This document shows, piece after piece, positions 45,354 to 58,410 of a DNA stretch of 64,000 nt. Source of the DNA: the human T2T-CHM13v2.0 reference genome, Homo sapiens. The first letter of the stretch is position 1. Every line of letters begins with the position of its first letter. The notes beneath the pieces were generated by a model. That model had not been told where the DNA came from. It did no database searches and worked only from the letters and a program-made list of their open reading frames with translations. The stretch is from assembly GCF_009914755.1 (NCBI RefSeq), contig NC_060929.1. One strand, given 5' to 3'. The position numbers and the translations under genes are program-made.

Positions 45354-46458
45354 GAATATAATTCTTCTAAATAAAAAATTATCTGTCCAGGAAGACAGTG
45401 CTAGAGACACTGGAGCTCTACTCTGTCAAAAGGGAGAAATCCTGTGAAGTGCCCTGGCATCCAGCTGAGACACCAAAAAGATGGTACCTTGGGAGCAAGA
45501 ACTATGCCCTAGAATAAGGCCTATTCTAGATGATCCAAGTTAGAGGGATTTGGGAAACACCTTGGGCTTTCCACATAATAAAGCATAAAACTGAACACAA
45601 ACAAGACAAGGATGATCATTCAGTAACTGTAATGCTTGCTTTAAAAGAAAAGATTTCTGGTTTTCAGTCTGGCATGTAAGGAGTTTAGAAGTTGCCAATC
45701 TGTTCTAAAAAATAAAAAGCTGATCACACTGAAAAATTAACAATTCTTTTTAGATCCATCAGAGAAATGAAGACACAGACCAAACCACTGCCACAAAACT
45801 GCAGAGACAGACAGATGCAGAGAAGCACAACTCACCAGAAGAGAAACTACTACCAGAAACCTCAGCGGGAACCAGGGCTAGAGTAGGAAAACCTGAACTC
45901 TGCATTTGACAAAATACTGGAGGCACAGCGTGGATAAGTCTGATAATTAAAAATTCCAGGGGGACCAGGTTATAAGACAACACTCATGCTTTTGTGAGTT
46001 TTATCTACAGGAGCTCTACCAGGTCTTCACGGAGAATACTGGAGAGAAATCACCTCATGCATACAGCAATGAGAGGAGAAAAGTAACCATTTTGAAATAT
46101 GCCAGAGCATTCTATTATTTTTAACAAGGCCTGTCCTCAGGAGGAACTGTTTTACCAGAGCCTAACCTGTGGGAGTTTTGTCAGAGCCTAACCTTCCTAG
46201 GGGAAGGGAAATATTGAACTCCAGCCAGTTCTAGCCTTCCATGTAAGGAAAGGGATATACCAAACTCCAGCCCTCTCTAGCCATCCCAGCCCACCTAAGG
46301 GTAAGGGGAAAAAAAGAAGCACTGGTAAAGGTAGCCCAGTGGCACAGACTTGCCAAAATATTAAAACCTAATCCTAAAACTATAGATCATTCCTCCTCTC
46401 CCCACACCTAACCACTACATTACTAAAGGCCCATTTATGAAAGTTGCATTTCCCAGTA

Positions 46459-46695
46459 TAGGTTGCGTATCCCTTATCCAAAATGTTTGGGACCAGAAGC
46501 GTTTTAATTGTTGGATTTTTTTCAGATTTTTGAATATTTGCATTACATTTATCAGTTGAGCATGCTTAATCTGAAAATCCAAAATCCAAAATGTTCTAAT
46601 GCATAATTCCTTTGAGTATCCTGTCAGCACTCAAAAAGTTTCCAATCTTGGAACATACTGGATTTTGGAACTTTGAATTAGGGACATTCAACCTG
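46459..46695. mobile_element. Tigger4a/MER46-like DNA transposon nested in L1
   Basis: TIRs taggttgcgtatccct... / ...agggacattcaacctg; internal aaaatccaaaatccaaaatg. Confidence 0.85.
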
Positions 46696-47805
46696 TGCAT
46701 CGTGTCCACCTTTCAATGAAAAATTAAAAGGCATACCAACAAGGAAAAGACAATTTCAGGAGACTGAAAAAAGCATCAGAACCACAGTCAGATACAGCAG
46801 GAATGTTGGAATTACCAGGCCGGAAATTTTTTAAAACTACAATTAATATGTTAAGAGCTTTAATGGGAAAAGTAGGCAACACGCAAGCACCAATAGGCAC
46901 TATAAAAAGATACATTAGTAGATGGGACATGGTTAAGGAAAAAGTCTGAGTTTGAGAATATAATAGAAAGTTCCAAAACTGAAAATCAGGAGAAAAAAGA
47001 CTGAAAAAAAATGAACAGAATATCTAAGAACCACAGAACAACTACAAAAGGTATAACATAAGTGAAAAGTGAATACCAAGAAAAGAGAGAGAGACAGGAA
47101 CAGAGAAACATTTGAAGCACTCCTGACTAATAATTTACCCAAATTAAGATCAGATACCAAACTACAGACCCAAGAAGTTCAGAGAATACCATGAAGGAAA
47201 ACTGCAAACAAACAAACAAAGAAAAAACTACACCTAGGCATATCATTTTCAAACTGCAAAAAATCAAAGGTTAAAAAAAAAAAGAAAAAAAAAAGTAAGA
47301 AATCTAGAAAGAAGCCACAGGATAAAAACACCTTACCTACAGAGGGGCAAAAATAAAAATTATATCTAACTTTTCCTTAGAAACCACGCAATCAAGAAGA
47401 AAGTAGAGTGAAATATTTAAAGTTTCGAGTGAAAAAAAACCAACAACCTAGTATTCTATAGCCTGTGAAATTATCTTTCAAAAGTGAAGGAGAAATAAAG
47501 ACTTTGTCTAACAAAAAATGAGGGAATTTGTTGCCACTAGACCTGCCTTGCAAGAAACGATAAAAGAAGTTTTTCAGAAACAAGGAAAATGACACAGGTC
47601 AAAAACTTGGATCAATACAAAGAAAGAATGCATCAGAGAAAGAATAATGAAGGTAAAATAAAAACATTTATTTTCCTTATTCTTAATTAAGCTAGCAGAT
47701 AACAATTTCTTCAAAATAATAATGATGTATTTCATCATATACACACACATATATATGCTTATATATGTGAAGTAAATAGTATCAATAATATAAGGGATGA
47801 AAAAC

Positions 47806-47806
47806 T

Positions 47807-47853
<47 letters not shown>

Positions 47854-48131
47854 TTTTTGAGACAATCTCACACTGCCCCTAGTCTGGAGCGCAGTGGCAT
47901 GATCTTGGCTCACTGCAACCTCCGCCTCCCAGGTTCAAGCAATTCTTGTGCCTCCTGAATAGCTGGAATTACAGCCGTGCGCCACCACACCTGGCTAATT
48001 TTTGTATTTTTAGTAGAGACGGGGTTTTGCCATGTTGGCCAGGCTGGTCTCGAACTCCTGACCTCAGGTAAGCCACCTGCCTCAGCCTCCCAAAGTGCTG
48101 GAATTTCAGACATAAGCCACCGCACCCAGCC
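47806..48131 (-). mobile_element. AluSx-like element with (TTTA)n tail, nested in L1
   Basis: ~12 TTTA units (47806-47856), both arms, TSD-like aaaacttt. Confidence 0.93.
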
Positions 48132-48849
48132 AGAAAACTTTAAAATATTTTGTTATTATAAGATATTTTCACTACCTGTGATGCAGTACAAAGTTATTTG
48201 AAAGTGGAGTTGGTTATAAATGTATATTGTGAATTCCAGGATAACCACTTTAAAAAGTAAAAGAAAAAAAACCAACTATGATTGACTGCTAAGAAAGAGA
48301 GAAAACTGAATCATTAAAATGCTCAATTACAACCACAAAAGGCAGAAAAAGTATGGAAGACAAAAATATTAGCAAAGAACTAGGGCAGCAAATAGTAAAC
48401 ATTAACGGATATGGTAGATATTAATCCAACTACAGAAATAATCTCTTTAAACATCAGTGGTCTAAAAACACCAACTAAAAGACAGATTGTCAAAATGGAT
48501 CAAAAAACAAGACCCAACTCTATGTTGTCTACAAGAAATCTACTTTAAATAGACAGAAATATATAAATTAAAAGTAAATGGATGAAGAAAGATATGCCAT
48601 ATTAATACTAATCAAAAGAAAGCAGAAGTAGCTACATTAATTTCAGACAGAGCAGGCTTCAAAGCAAAGAATGTTATCAGTGATAAAGGGGGACATGACT
48701 TAATGATAAAGGAGTCAACACTCCAAAAAAACCTAGAAATCTTTAAGACATATGTACCTAACAAGAGAGCATCAGAATATGTGAAGTAAAAAATGACAGA
48801 ACTAGAAGGAGAAATAGATGAATTCATTATTATAGCTGAAGACTCTTAG

Positions 48850-49535
48850 CACATGATCCAGCAATCATGTACCTTGGTTTGTACCCAAAAAAGCTGAAAA
48901 AATTATGCCCATGCAAAAACCTACACACAGAAGTTTATAGTAGTTTTATTTATAATTACCAGAACTTGGACATGCCCAAAATGTCCTTCAGTATTTGAAT
49001 GGATAAACTGTGGTACATAACAGGCAATAGGATATTATTCATTGCTAAAAATAAATGAGCTATGAAAAGACATGGAAGAAACTTAACTGCATACTACTAA
49101 GTGAAGGAATCCAATCTAAAGGGGTTACATACTATATGATTCCAACTGGAATCATAAACATTCCAGAAGAGTTTACAAAGACAATAAAAACATCAGGGGT
49201 TGCCAGGAGTTAGAGGGGAGGAGCGAATAAATAGGCAGAATACAGAGGATTTTTAGAGCAGTGAAAATACTCTATACTGTATCTATAATGGTAGATACAT
49301 GTCATTATATATTTGTCTAAACTCATAGAATGTACAATACCAAGAGTGAACCCTAACATAAATTATGGGCTTTGGAAATAAAGATATATCAATGAAGATT
49401 TATTGATTATAATAAATGTGTCACTCTGGTGAGGGATACTGATAATGGGAGGGGCTATGCATGTGAGGAATAGGAGTATGTAGGAAATATGCAAAATTTC
49501 TCAATTCTGAAATGAACCCAAAACTCCTCTTTTAA
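48850..49535 (+). mobile_element. L1MC/MD-like 3' end
   Basis: atgatccagcaatc...gaatggataaactgtggtacat...gaatgtacaataccaagagtgaaccctaa. Confidence 0.85.
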
Positions 49536-49744
49536 AGGCTTTTAAAAGTCAAAAGAGCATTCACAAAAATCAGGCAGCAAACAAAATTTCAAAATTTCAA
49601 TGAATTCAAAAGTGATCTGAACAGTGAATAAAACTGTAAATTAAGAGAGTTGTAAATTGAGAGAAAAAGTACTTAAAAGCAATCCTTCAGAAATGTTTAA
49701 GAAGAATTACAATTATTAACTAAAAACTGGGAACAGCTATAATA

Positions 49745-50490
49745 ACTTCAGACAGAGCAGACTTCAGAAGAAGAAAAGTTATCAGGGATAAAGAGGGACA
49801 TACATAATAACAAAAGGGGACAATACTCCAGGAAGACATAATAATCCTTAATATGTATTCATCTCACAAAAGAGTGTCAGAATATGTGAAGCAAAAACTG
49901 TTAGAACTACAAGGAAAAATGAATAACTTCACTATTAGAGACCTTAATATCCTTCTATCTGAAATGGAAAGATCCAGCAGGCAGAAAATTAGTAAAGGCA
50001 TAGTTCAACTCAATAAAACCATTAATTGACTGGATATAATGGACATCTAGAGACCACTTCATCCAGTAGTAGAATACACATTCTTCTCTAACGCACATGG
50101 AATATTCACCAAAACAAACCACATTCCAGGCCATAAAACACACATTCACAAATTTAAAAGAATAAAAATTATACAATGTCTGCTCTCATACTGCAATAGA
50201 AATAAAATAAAAATCGATTACAGGAAAATGACGAAAATACTCCCAAAAAACTTAGAGATTTAAATAACACGTTTTTTTTTTAAATTATACTTTAAGTTCT
50301 AGGGTACACGTGTACAACGTGCAGGTTTGTTACATAGGTATACATGAATGACACGTTTCTTAATAACACATGGGTAAAAGAAGAAACTTCAGAAGAAATT
50401 TGAACATATTTTGAACTAAATGAAAATAAAAATAAAACATCAAAATTTATGAGATCCAGCAAAAGCAGTGTTTAAAGGCAAATTTATACT
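49745..50490 (+). mobile_element. Old L1M ORF2 endonuclease-region fragment
   Basis: cagacagagcagacttcag...gcacatggaatattcaccaaa...cagcaaaagcagtgtttaaaggcaaatttata. Confidence 0.85.
50275..50346 (-). mobile_element. Tiny L1PA 3'-end insertion with TSD
   Basis: ttattatactttaagttctagggtacac-like L1PA terminus; TSD aataacacgttt / aatgacacgttt. Confidence 0.88.
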
Positions 50491-53400
50491 TTTGGATGCT
50501 GTTGTAAATGAAATCGTTTGGATTCTATTTCTTTTGGGGTGTGTAGAAATACAACTGATTTTTCTGTATTTTGATTTTGCATCCTGCCACTCTGCTGAAA
50601 TCACTTATTAGTTCAAATGGGTTTTTTGTGGTTTCTCTGGGGTTTTCTATTCATAAAATAATGTCATCTTCGAATACAAATAGTTTTACTTCTTCCTTTC
50701 CAATTTGGAAGCATTTTATTTCTTTTTCTTGCCAAATTGCTCCTTAGAACTTTCAGCACAATGTAAAACAGGATTGCCAAAAGCAGGCATTCTTGTCTTA
50801 TTCTTGATCTTAAGGAAAAAGTTTTCCACCTTTTATCACTGAATATGTCAGCTGTGGGTTTGTCACATATGGTCTTTATTATGATGAGGAAGCATCACTC
50901 TATTCCTAGTTTGATAGGTTTTTGTTTTGCTTTGCTTTTTCAAGAAAGGCTGCTTATTTCACCAAATGCTTTTGCACACCAATTAAGATGACTGGTTTTT
51001 TTTTCCTTTCATTCTCTTAATGTGGTATATTACATTGATTGATATTTGTATGTTGAGCCACCCTTGTACTCCTTGGATAAATCATAGTAGGTTACGGTGT
51101 AGAATCCTTTTAATCTGGTGCTGAATTCAGTTTGCTAGCATTTTGAAGATTTTTACATACTCGTTAAAGATACTTGTCTGTAGCTGTTGTTTGTTTTGTA
51201 GTTTCATTTTTGTAGGGTCTTGGGCTGGCTAATGCTAGCCCCACAGAATAAGTTAAGAAGTGTTGCCTCCTCTTCAATTTTTTTGAAAGAGTTTGAGAAG
51301 GACTGGTGTTAATTCTTCTTTAAATATTTGAAAACATTCACCATCAAAGCTATGGTCCTTAGTCTTTCTTCATTGGAAATTTTTTTAACTGATTCAATCT
51401 CCTTATTTATTATAAATATATTCCAATTTTCTACCTTTTTCTTTTTTTGTTAAGAGATGGGGTCTTGCTATATTGCCCTAGCTGGAGTGCAGTGAATATA
51501 GCTTCAGCCTCCTGGGCTCAAGCAATCCTCCTGCCTCAGGCTCATGAGTAGCTGGAACTCAGAATTTCTACTTCTTGGGTCAGTTTTTCTGGTTTCTGTA
51601 TTTCTAGAAATTTTTCCATTTCTTCTAGCCTATCCAATTTGTTGGTATGCAGTTATTCATGGTTTTCTCATACAATCCTTTTTAATTTCTATAAAGTCAG
51701 TAGTAATGTCTACTCTTTCATTTATGATTTAATAATTTGAGTCTTTTTTCTTAGTCAATCTAGTTAAAGGTTTGTCAGAGTTTTTTAAAATCTTTTCGAA
51801 GAACCTAGTTTGGTTTTCAATAATTTTTTTCCATAGCTTTTCTGTCCTCTATCATGTTTATCTCTGGTCTGGTTATTATTTCCTTCCCTCCACGAACTTT
51901 GGGTTTAGCCTGCTCTTCTTTCTCAAGGTGTACGCTTTGATTACTGCTTTCAGATCTTCTTTTTTAATGTAAGATTGTACAGCTATAAACTGCCCTCTGA
52001 GCACTGCTTTTGCTACATCCCTTGAGTTTTGGAACGCTGTGTTTTCATTCTCACTCATCTCAAGATATTTTCTAATTTCCCTTGTAATTTCTTCTATAAG
52101 CCATTGGTTGTACAAGACTCTGTTATTTAATTTCTACATATCTGTGTATTTTCCAATTTTCCTTCTATTATTGATTTCCAGATTCATTCCATTATGGTTA
52201 GGGAAGACACACTGTATGATTTCAATCTTTTTTAAATGTATAAAACTTGTTTTGTGATCAAACATATGGTCTATCTGTGAGACTGTTCCATGTGCACTTG
52301 AGAAGAATGTGTATTCTTTTGTTGTTGAGTGTACTGTACATATCTGCTAGGTGCAGTGGGTTCATGGTACTGTTCATCCTCTGCTTCTTTGTTAATCTTC
52401 TTCCTAGTTGTGCTATTCATTATTGAAAGTGAATTACTTAAGTCTCAAATGATTAATGTACAACTGTCTATTCCTCTCTCCAAGTCTTTCAATTTTTGCT
52501 ATATATATTTTAAGGATTCTGTTGTTAGGTACATATGTGGTTATAATTGCTACATCTTCCTGAAAGATTAATATTTTATATTTATCAATATATAATAATT
52601 CTGTCTCTTGGATCCCTTTTGGACTTAAAACCTGGTTTTTTTGGATAATAAAACAGCTATTATAGCTCTCTTCTGGTGTGGAATATCTTTTTCCATCCTT
52701 TCAACCTCTATGTAGTTACTTTCATCAGTTTTCTTTATTCTTCATATGGCTTTCAATTACCATCTAGCATCTTATTTCAGCCTGGAGGACTCCCGTTAGC
52801 ATTTCTTGTAGGGCAGATCTATTAGTAACAAACTCCTTTAGCTTTTGCTTATCTGGAAATATCTTAATGTCCCCTTGAGTGCCCCTATTCTTTAACAGTT
52901 TTGACAAATACAGAATTCTTGCTTGACTTTTTTTTCTTTCGACACTTTAAATATTGTTAGCCCACAGCTTTCTGGCTTCCATAGTTTCTGATGATAAAAC
53001 AGTTGTAAATCTTATTGAGGAGTGCTTGTATGTGATGAGTCACTTATCTTTTGCTGCTTTGAAGATTCTGTCTTTGACTTCTGACAATTATACTATAATG
53101 TGTCTCAGTGTATATCTCTTTGACATTATCCTCCCTGAATTTATTGAGTTTCTTGGACGTATAGATGCGTATCTTCCACCAAATTTCGGAAGTTTGGGCC
53201 ATTATTTCTGCAAATATTCTTCCTGCCCCTTTTATTTCTCCTTTCCTTCTGGAATTAGCAAAATGTGAATGTTTTTCTGCTTGATGGATGTCCCACCCAT
53301 CTCTTAGGCTCTACTTACTTTTCTTCACTCTTTTTTCTTTCTCTTTCTTAGACTCAATAAATTCAATTGTCCTATCTTCTTTCTTCCACCTGCTCACTTC

Positions 53401-54705
53401 GGCTCTTGAATCCCTCTGGTAAATGTTTTATTTCAGTTATTGTACTTCTTAGCTCCAGAATTTCTATTTGGTTCTTTCCATAATTTCTAGCTCTTCATTG
53501 ACATTCTCAATTTGTTCATACATTATTTTCCTAATTTCCTTCATTTCTTTGGCCATGGTTTCCTTTATGTCTTTGAGCATATTTCAGATAATGGATTTAA
53601 AATCTTTAGTAAAATCTTTAGTAAATCCAATGTCCAGGCTTCCTCAAGAATGGGTTCTATTTATTCTTTTTTGTTTTAATGGGTAATACTTTTTTCTTTG
53701 CATGCCTTGTAATTTATTGTTGAAAACTAAATATTAAAATATTAGATTATAATGTGGTAACTTGGGAAATTAGATTCTCCCCACTTCCCTACGCTTCACT
53801 ATTTTTGATTAATCAAGGCTTAGCTTGTGTTCAGCCAGTGTTTTGAAAGAGATTTCCTTGGATGCCAAAGCTTAAAAACAAAACTAAAACAAAAAACAAA
53901 AGCACTTATTCAAGTCTTTGCAGACTGGCTCTGTGCTGGGATATTTCTTTAAGACTTAGCCATACCATTCACAACTCTGCCTTGGCCTTTACTTCCTGCT
54001 TGTACTGGACCTAGCAAGCACACAGTGATAAAGTTTACAGTCTTCTTAGGTCGTTCCTGAACAAGTGTCCTGCCCTGGGCATGCATGCGGCTTTCAAAAT
54101 TCCCTTCTATACACTGAGGCTGATTGTCCTAATTTCAAAACAAAAACAAAAATAAAAACAAACTCTCTCCCAGGCTCTTTCTCCTAGGTCAATTGTATGT
54201 CTCACCATAATCTATTGCCCAAAGAAGCTTGCTCAAAAGCAAGTTTCTTTCATTTGCCTTATACTGTGTTCAATCAATGCCCACTAATTTTCCTCCCTGA
54301 CTGGGTTCTAAATTAGGTAAAACAGATATATAAGCACCTGCATCAGCCCTTCAAATAGCTCTCAGGTAGGTTGATCAGACAAATGAATAATTTGCAAATA
54401 AGGTCTGCTCTGTTCCCTCTGGAACCAGGGATCTGGGTCCCACACTGGGAACTCGGACTGCTATCTTCAAGACTGTTGCCAAGCTGGGGAATGGGTGAGG
54501 CACAGGCAAGTAAAAAACCCACAAAGCATTCTTTCCACCTTTCAGTTGCATTTTTCTTGTCTAGCATTCCTTTGGTTGCTATAAACCTTTGACGTTTCCA
54601 GAGTTCTGACAAAGTTGGATCTGATAGTTTAGGCTTGTTTTTCAATGTTTTTTTGGAGAGGCAGGCTTTTGGAGCTGCCTGCTCCAACATTTTGCTGATA
54701 GTACT
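50491..54705 (-). mobile_element. Old L1M element, 5' UTR-ORF1-partial ORF2, same orientation as FBXL17
   Basis: ORF track 51876..52115 (EEITREIRKYLEMSENENTAFQNSRDVAKAVLRGQFIA) is an L1 ORF2 relic; T-rich plus strand throughout. Confidence 0.88.
51441..51559 (-). mobile_element. Alu monomer (FAM/FLAM_A-like) nested in L1
   Basis: gagatggggtcttgctatattgccctagctggagtgcagtg...cctcctgggctcaagcaatcctcctgcctcag. Confidence 0.75.
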
Positions 54706-57286
54706 CTAAGTAGTTATTTTTAAAGACCTAAAAATTGATAGCATAGCCAGATCAAAATTTACTAATGTAACATTTATTATTTTTGTACCATTTTATCTGA
54801 AAAAAGCCTACAGTGACTTATTTACAGAAATTTCTACTGAGCTCCATGAGCTGGAGTGTTAAACTGCTAAAACTGCATATAATTGAGTCACATAATATAG
54901 TAACAATGCATACAATTTCTTAGATATATTTTAATACTTTGACTACTATTATCGTTTGTTTACTGGCAAGTGCTAGATGATAACAAAATATTAGGAAAAT
55001 TGAAACAGCCCTTTATTCTTAAATAGATTTTTCCTCTAGATACATGATTGTAGTTTTAAAAGATATATACAATAGGAACACATTCCACTGGTAAAATTAT
55101 TTTGAGTGACTATTATGAAAATAAAAATATAAATATTTCAGGGTGGTATTTCACAAAGAGGATAGTATTCAACCAAAACCAGCCTGATTTTTTTAGGTGC
55201 TTCACCATGCTTAAGAAATATTGTTAAGCAGAATCCAATAGTTAAAACATTAGAGTCTACATCTATTAGAGCTCCAAATTGAAATGCTATAAGCAACTGT
55301 TTTTGTAAACAAACTGACAGAATTCAAAAGGCACACATATTTGGTATCCGCTAAAGTCAATCAAAATTATAGCAGTTATAAAGAAAATATATTCTAAAGA
55401 AATTATCAATAAAATTTACATATATCATTCTAAAACATTTCTCAATTTTTACTGACAGAAGAGGGAAAAAACAGAACCCTGCAACAACTTAATCTGTAGA
55501 ATCAACAATTCAGTCAATTGCTAAATTAATGAGTTCAAGAAAAAATAACAGTCCCAGGCAAATCATCAATTATGGCTAGTTCCCTCTTAGGCTTTCGTAA
55601 CTCTATTATACATTTTAACATAGCACTGTCAGTTTACTAAAACCATAATATAAATCCATATTCGGATTTATGAAATATCACTAGGTCATAAAATTAATTT
55701 AGTGAGTGGGTCAAGGCCAACATTTAACATAATAGTATAGAACAGAATAGATAATATCCATGTGCATTGCACATAAGGATGTGTATTGTTTCATAAAACT
55801 TAATTTCTATTTTATGTATATATGAAAGCCATTCTCTTTCTACTATACCCATAACACTATTCCATCAGAGGAAAGAGTCTATTATGAAATCAGACATACC
55901 CAGCTATAGCGGTCTTAAGTACAGAAAAATATTCTCTACACTGCAATGAGATCCTATGTAATTACTTAAGAAGAAAACTACCTAAGGGGAAAAAAATTTG
56001 TTTTGCTACTTTTATCAGAATATTACCTCACGTGTAACTAATTCATAATTCAGAAACCATAAATATCCGAAGGAAACATCTAAGTAACAGGCTCCAAAAT
56101 ACCTCACATTCTAGAGAAGATTTACATAATTACTCTCAAAGTTGTAAATATAAGATAAATTCATAATACTTGATTAGCATATTAAATGTTGCTCCTTCTC
56201 TACTTCAACCATGACTACGATCTTATTCTTTTTCACAAAAATTACTAGGTATACCCTAAGAAGTCTGCTAAACTACTACCTATTTGTGTTATATCAGAAT
56301 TAAATATGAAATAGATTTAATCCAGTTCTTAATACATACACCTTTTTAAAATGTTTCATTGTGAAAAATAAATTGCTGAGAAATTTCCATCAAAGTAAAT
56401 AAAATCATGCTATATACACAAAATATATATTTCTTCATAAAAGATTAATTTAATATGTTTAAGAACTTCATGAAATGCTTTGCTAGTAAATAATCCTGTA
56501 CATAGCAGAAATGAATCAAGAAAAATATTAAAACAAATAAGACTTTTTGCACAATATGCCTTTGCAAACAAAATAGGCTCCCTTATAAGTTGGTAACATT
56601 CTTAATATATAAGTTGTACTGACACACCCAGTACTCACTATTTAGGATAGAGTCTTCCCAAATTTCTTTTCATACCAAGCTTTCAGTTAATTCATACATA
56701 AGGTTTAAATTTAAGGATATTCATCTGTTGAATAAATAATCCACTCCGAGCCAAGAAACCTTAAATGCCATTTCCAAAGGAAGTATAATAAACAGAAGGT
56801 ATGCATAATACTATTTTTAACCCAGTTATTGTACCAAATAGAGGTAATTAGGCCTTTGTTCTAACTTTTATAATCTTCAATTTGGACGTCCATTTATCCC
56901 TTAAACATTCAGATATTTAAGCATGTATGTCATCTAGTATAATAAAAGGGGAATTAAAATGTTAATTTTTAAAACCTCATGCTGACCAAAACTACGCAGT
57001 TGCCCAAAGCAAAATGTGGTAAAAAATTTAAGTAACAAAAGCATAAATTTATAAAATGGCTGGTCACAGAAGTTCAGGCTCTCACTATAAAACAAAGCAG
57101 TTAATTTACTGATTATAACCATGGCACTCTAGTTAACTAATCTAAACAAATATTCATTAATAGGTAAAAAAGATGATTCACTTGAGTCTCTGGGAACTAT
57201 TTTTAACGTAACCATTTAAAATGTTGTTGCTAGAAAACATTTTTAATTAATTCAAGTAAAATCACTTTATAAATGCTAAAATTTAC

Positions 57287-57544
57287 CTGCTTGAGTCCTT
57301 CATCAGTGAGTTTGTCCTGGTTGCCTACATGCACTTTCTGAAGTAAAGGACAGTGAGAGGCAACCGCAATAATAGAGGTGTCAGAAAGCTGTTTACACCT
57401 GTAGGCTGTATACCTAAGAAGTCCAGGACATTTAAATGCTAAAACACATACGCCATTATCAGACATACTGCGACAATCAGAAATGTTGATTTCAATTATA
57501 TTCTGACTTCTTGATGCAATTTTTTCCAACAATTCATCAGTGAC
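57287..57544 (-). CDS. FBXL17: FBXL17 coding exon (probably exon 3), cysteine-containing LRRs: VTDELLEKIASRSQNIIEINISDC...DEGLKQ
   Basis: Acceptor ctttttctcttacag|GTC, donor CAG|gtaaat, 258 nt = 86 codons, phase 0-0; ~26-aa LRR periodicity (xSDxGxxxxAxxCPxL). Confidence 0.96.
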
Positions 57545-57699
57545 CTGTAAGAGAAAAAGCAATAAATTTAAACTTTTGCTAAAAATAAAAACGTATTTTC
57601 CATTTTTTAATTAAATGTTCCACAATAAACAATATACTAATTAGATTATAGCATGAACGATATAATCAAAAGAGAAACCGTCTTAACATTGAAGCATAA

Positions 57700-58410
57700 C
57701 AAGAATTTGGTATAATAATAATATTGTAATTGGTCTTTGTCCTGAATTCTTGCCACATATTTCCCAAAACTCTTGGAATTTCCTAAGCAATAGAATTTCT
57801 TTAGTTATTCATAACAAGCCCTTTAGACCATATCTGAGTTCATACTAATGAAGTGACTTAGAGTGGGGCGCCTAGATGGCTTCAGAATGGGGGCTGGTTA
57901 CCAGAAAAACTAAACCCTTGATTAGAGGGTGATAACTTTCAACACTACTTACAGGAGAGGAAGGAAGCTGGAGATTGGGTTATAAAAACTCAAATGACAG
58001 AGATTCAGATGGTAAACAACATCAAAGTGCTGAGAAGGTGGTATATCCCATACCTTGCCTTCTGCATCTCTTCCAGTGGGCTGGCCCTGAGCTATATCTT
58101 TTATAATAAACCCATAAATATAGTAAGTATTTTCCAGAGTTCAGTGAATAGTTGTGGCTAATTATCAAAACTGAGAAAGAAATTAAGGGAACTCACAAGT
58201 TTATAATTGGTCAGTGAGAAGTTCAGGTGGCTTCTGGGACTTGCAACTGATATCTGAAGTGTGGGTAGTCTTGTGGGACTGAGCCCTTAAACTCAGTGAT
58301 ACCTCTGGGAGTTAGTTGAACTGAATTGTTGTACATCCAGTTAGTGTTAGAAAATTGTTAGTGTGGAAAAACTCCACATATTTGATGTCAGAAGTGGTAT
58401 CAGAAAACAC
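57700..58410 (+). mobile_element. MER21-like ERVL LTR
   Basis: ggtctttgtcctgaattcttgccac...cttcagaatgggggctggttaccagaaa...gtcttgtgggactgagcccttaa...tgtcagaagtg. Confidence 0.75.

Larger units (their letters stand above)
45650..48845 (+). mobile_element. Old L1M (L1MC/MD-like) 5' UTR, decayed ORF1 and start of ORF2, with nested insertions
   Basis: acacctaggcatatcattttcaaactgc, caacctagtattctatagcctgtgaaattatc (ORF1); gacagattgtcaaaatggatcaaaaaacaagacccaac (ORF2 endonuclease). Confidence 0.85.

Noticed and set aside
51876-52115. ORF with L1 ORF2 similarity
   Set aside because: Short relic of a dead L1; flanking frames are disrupted
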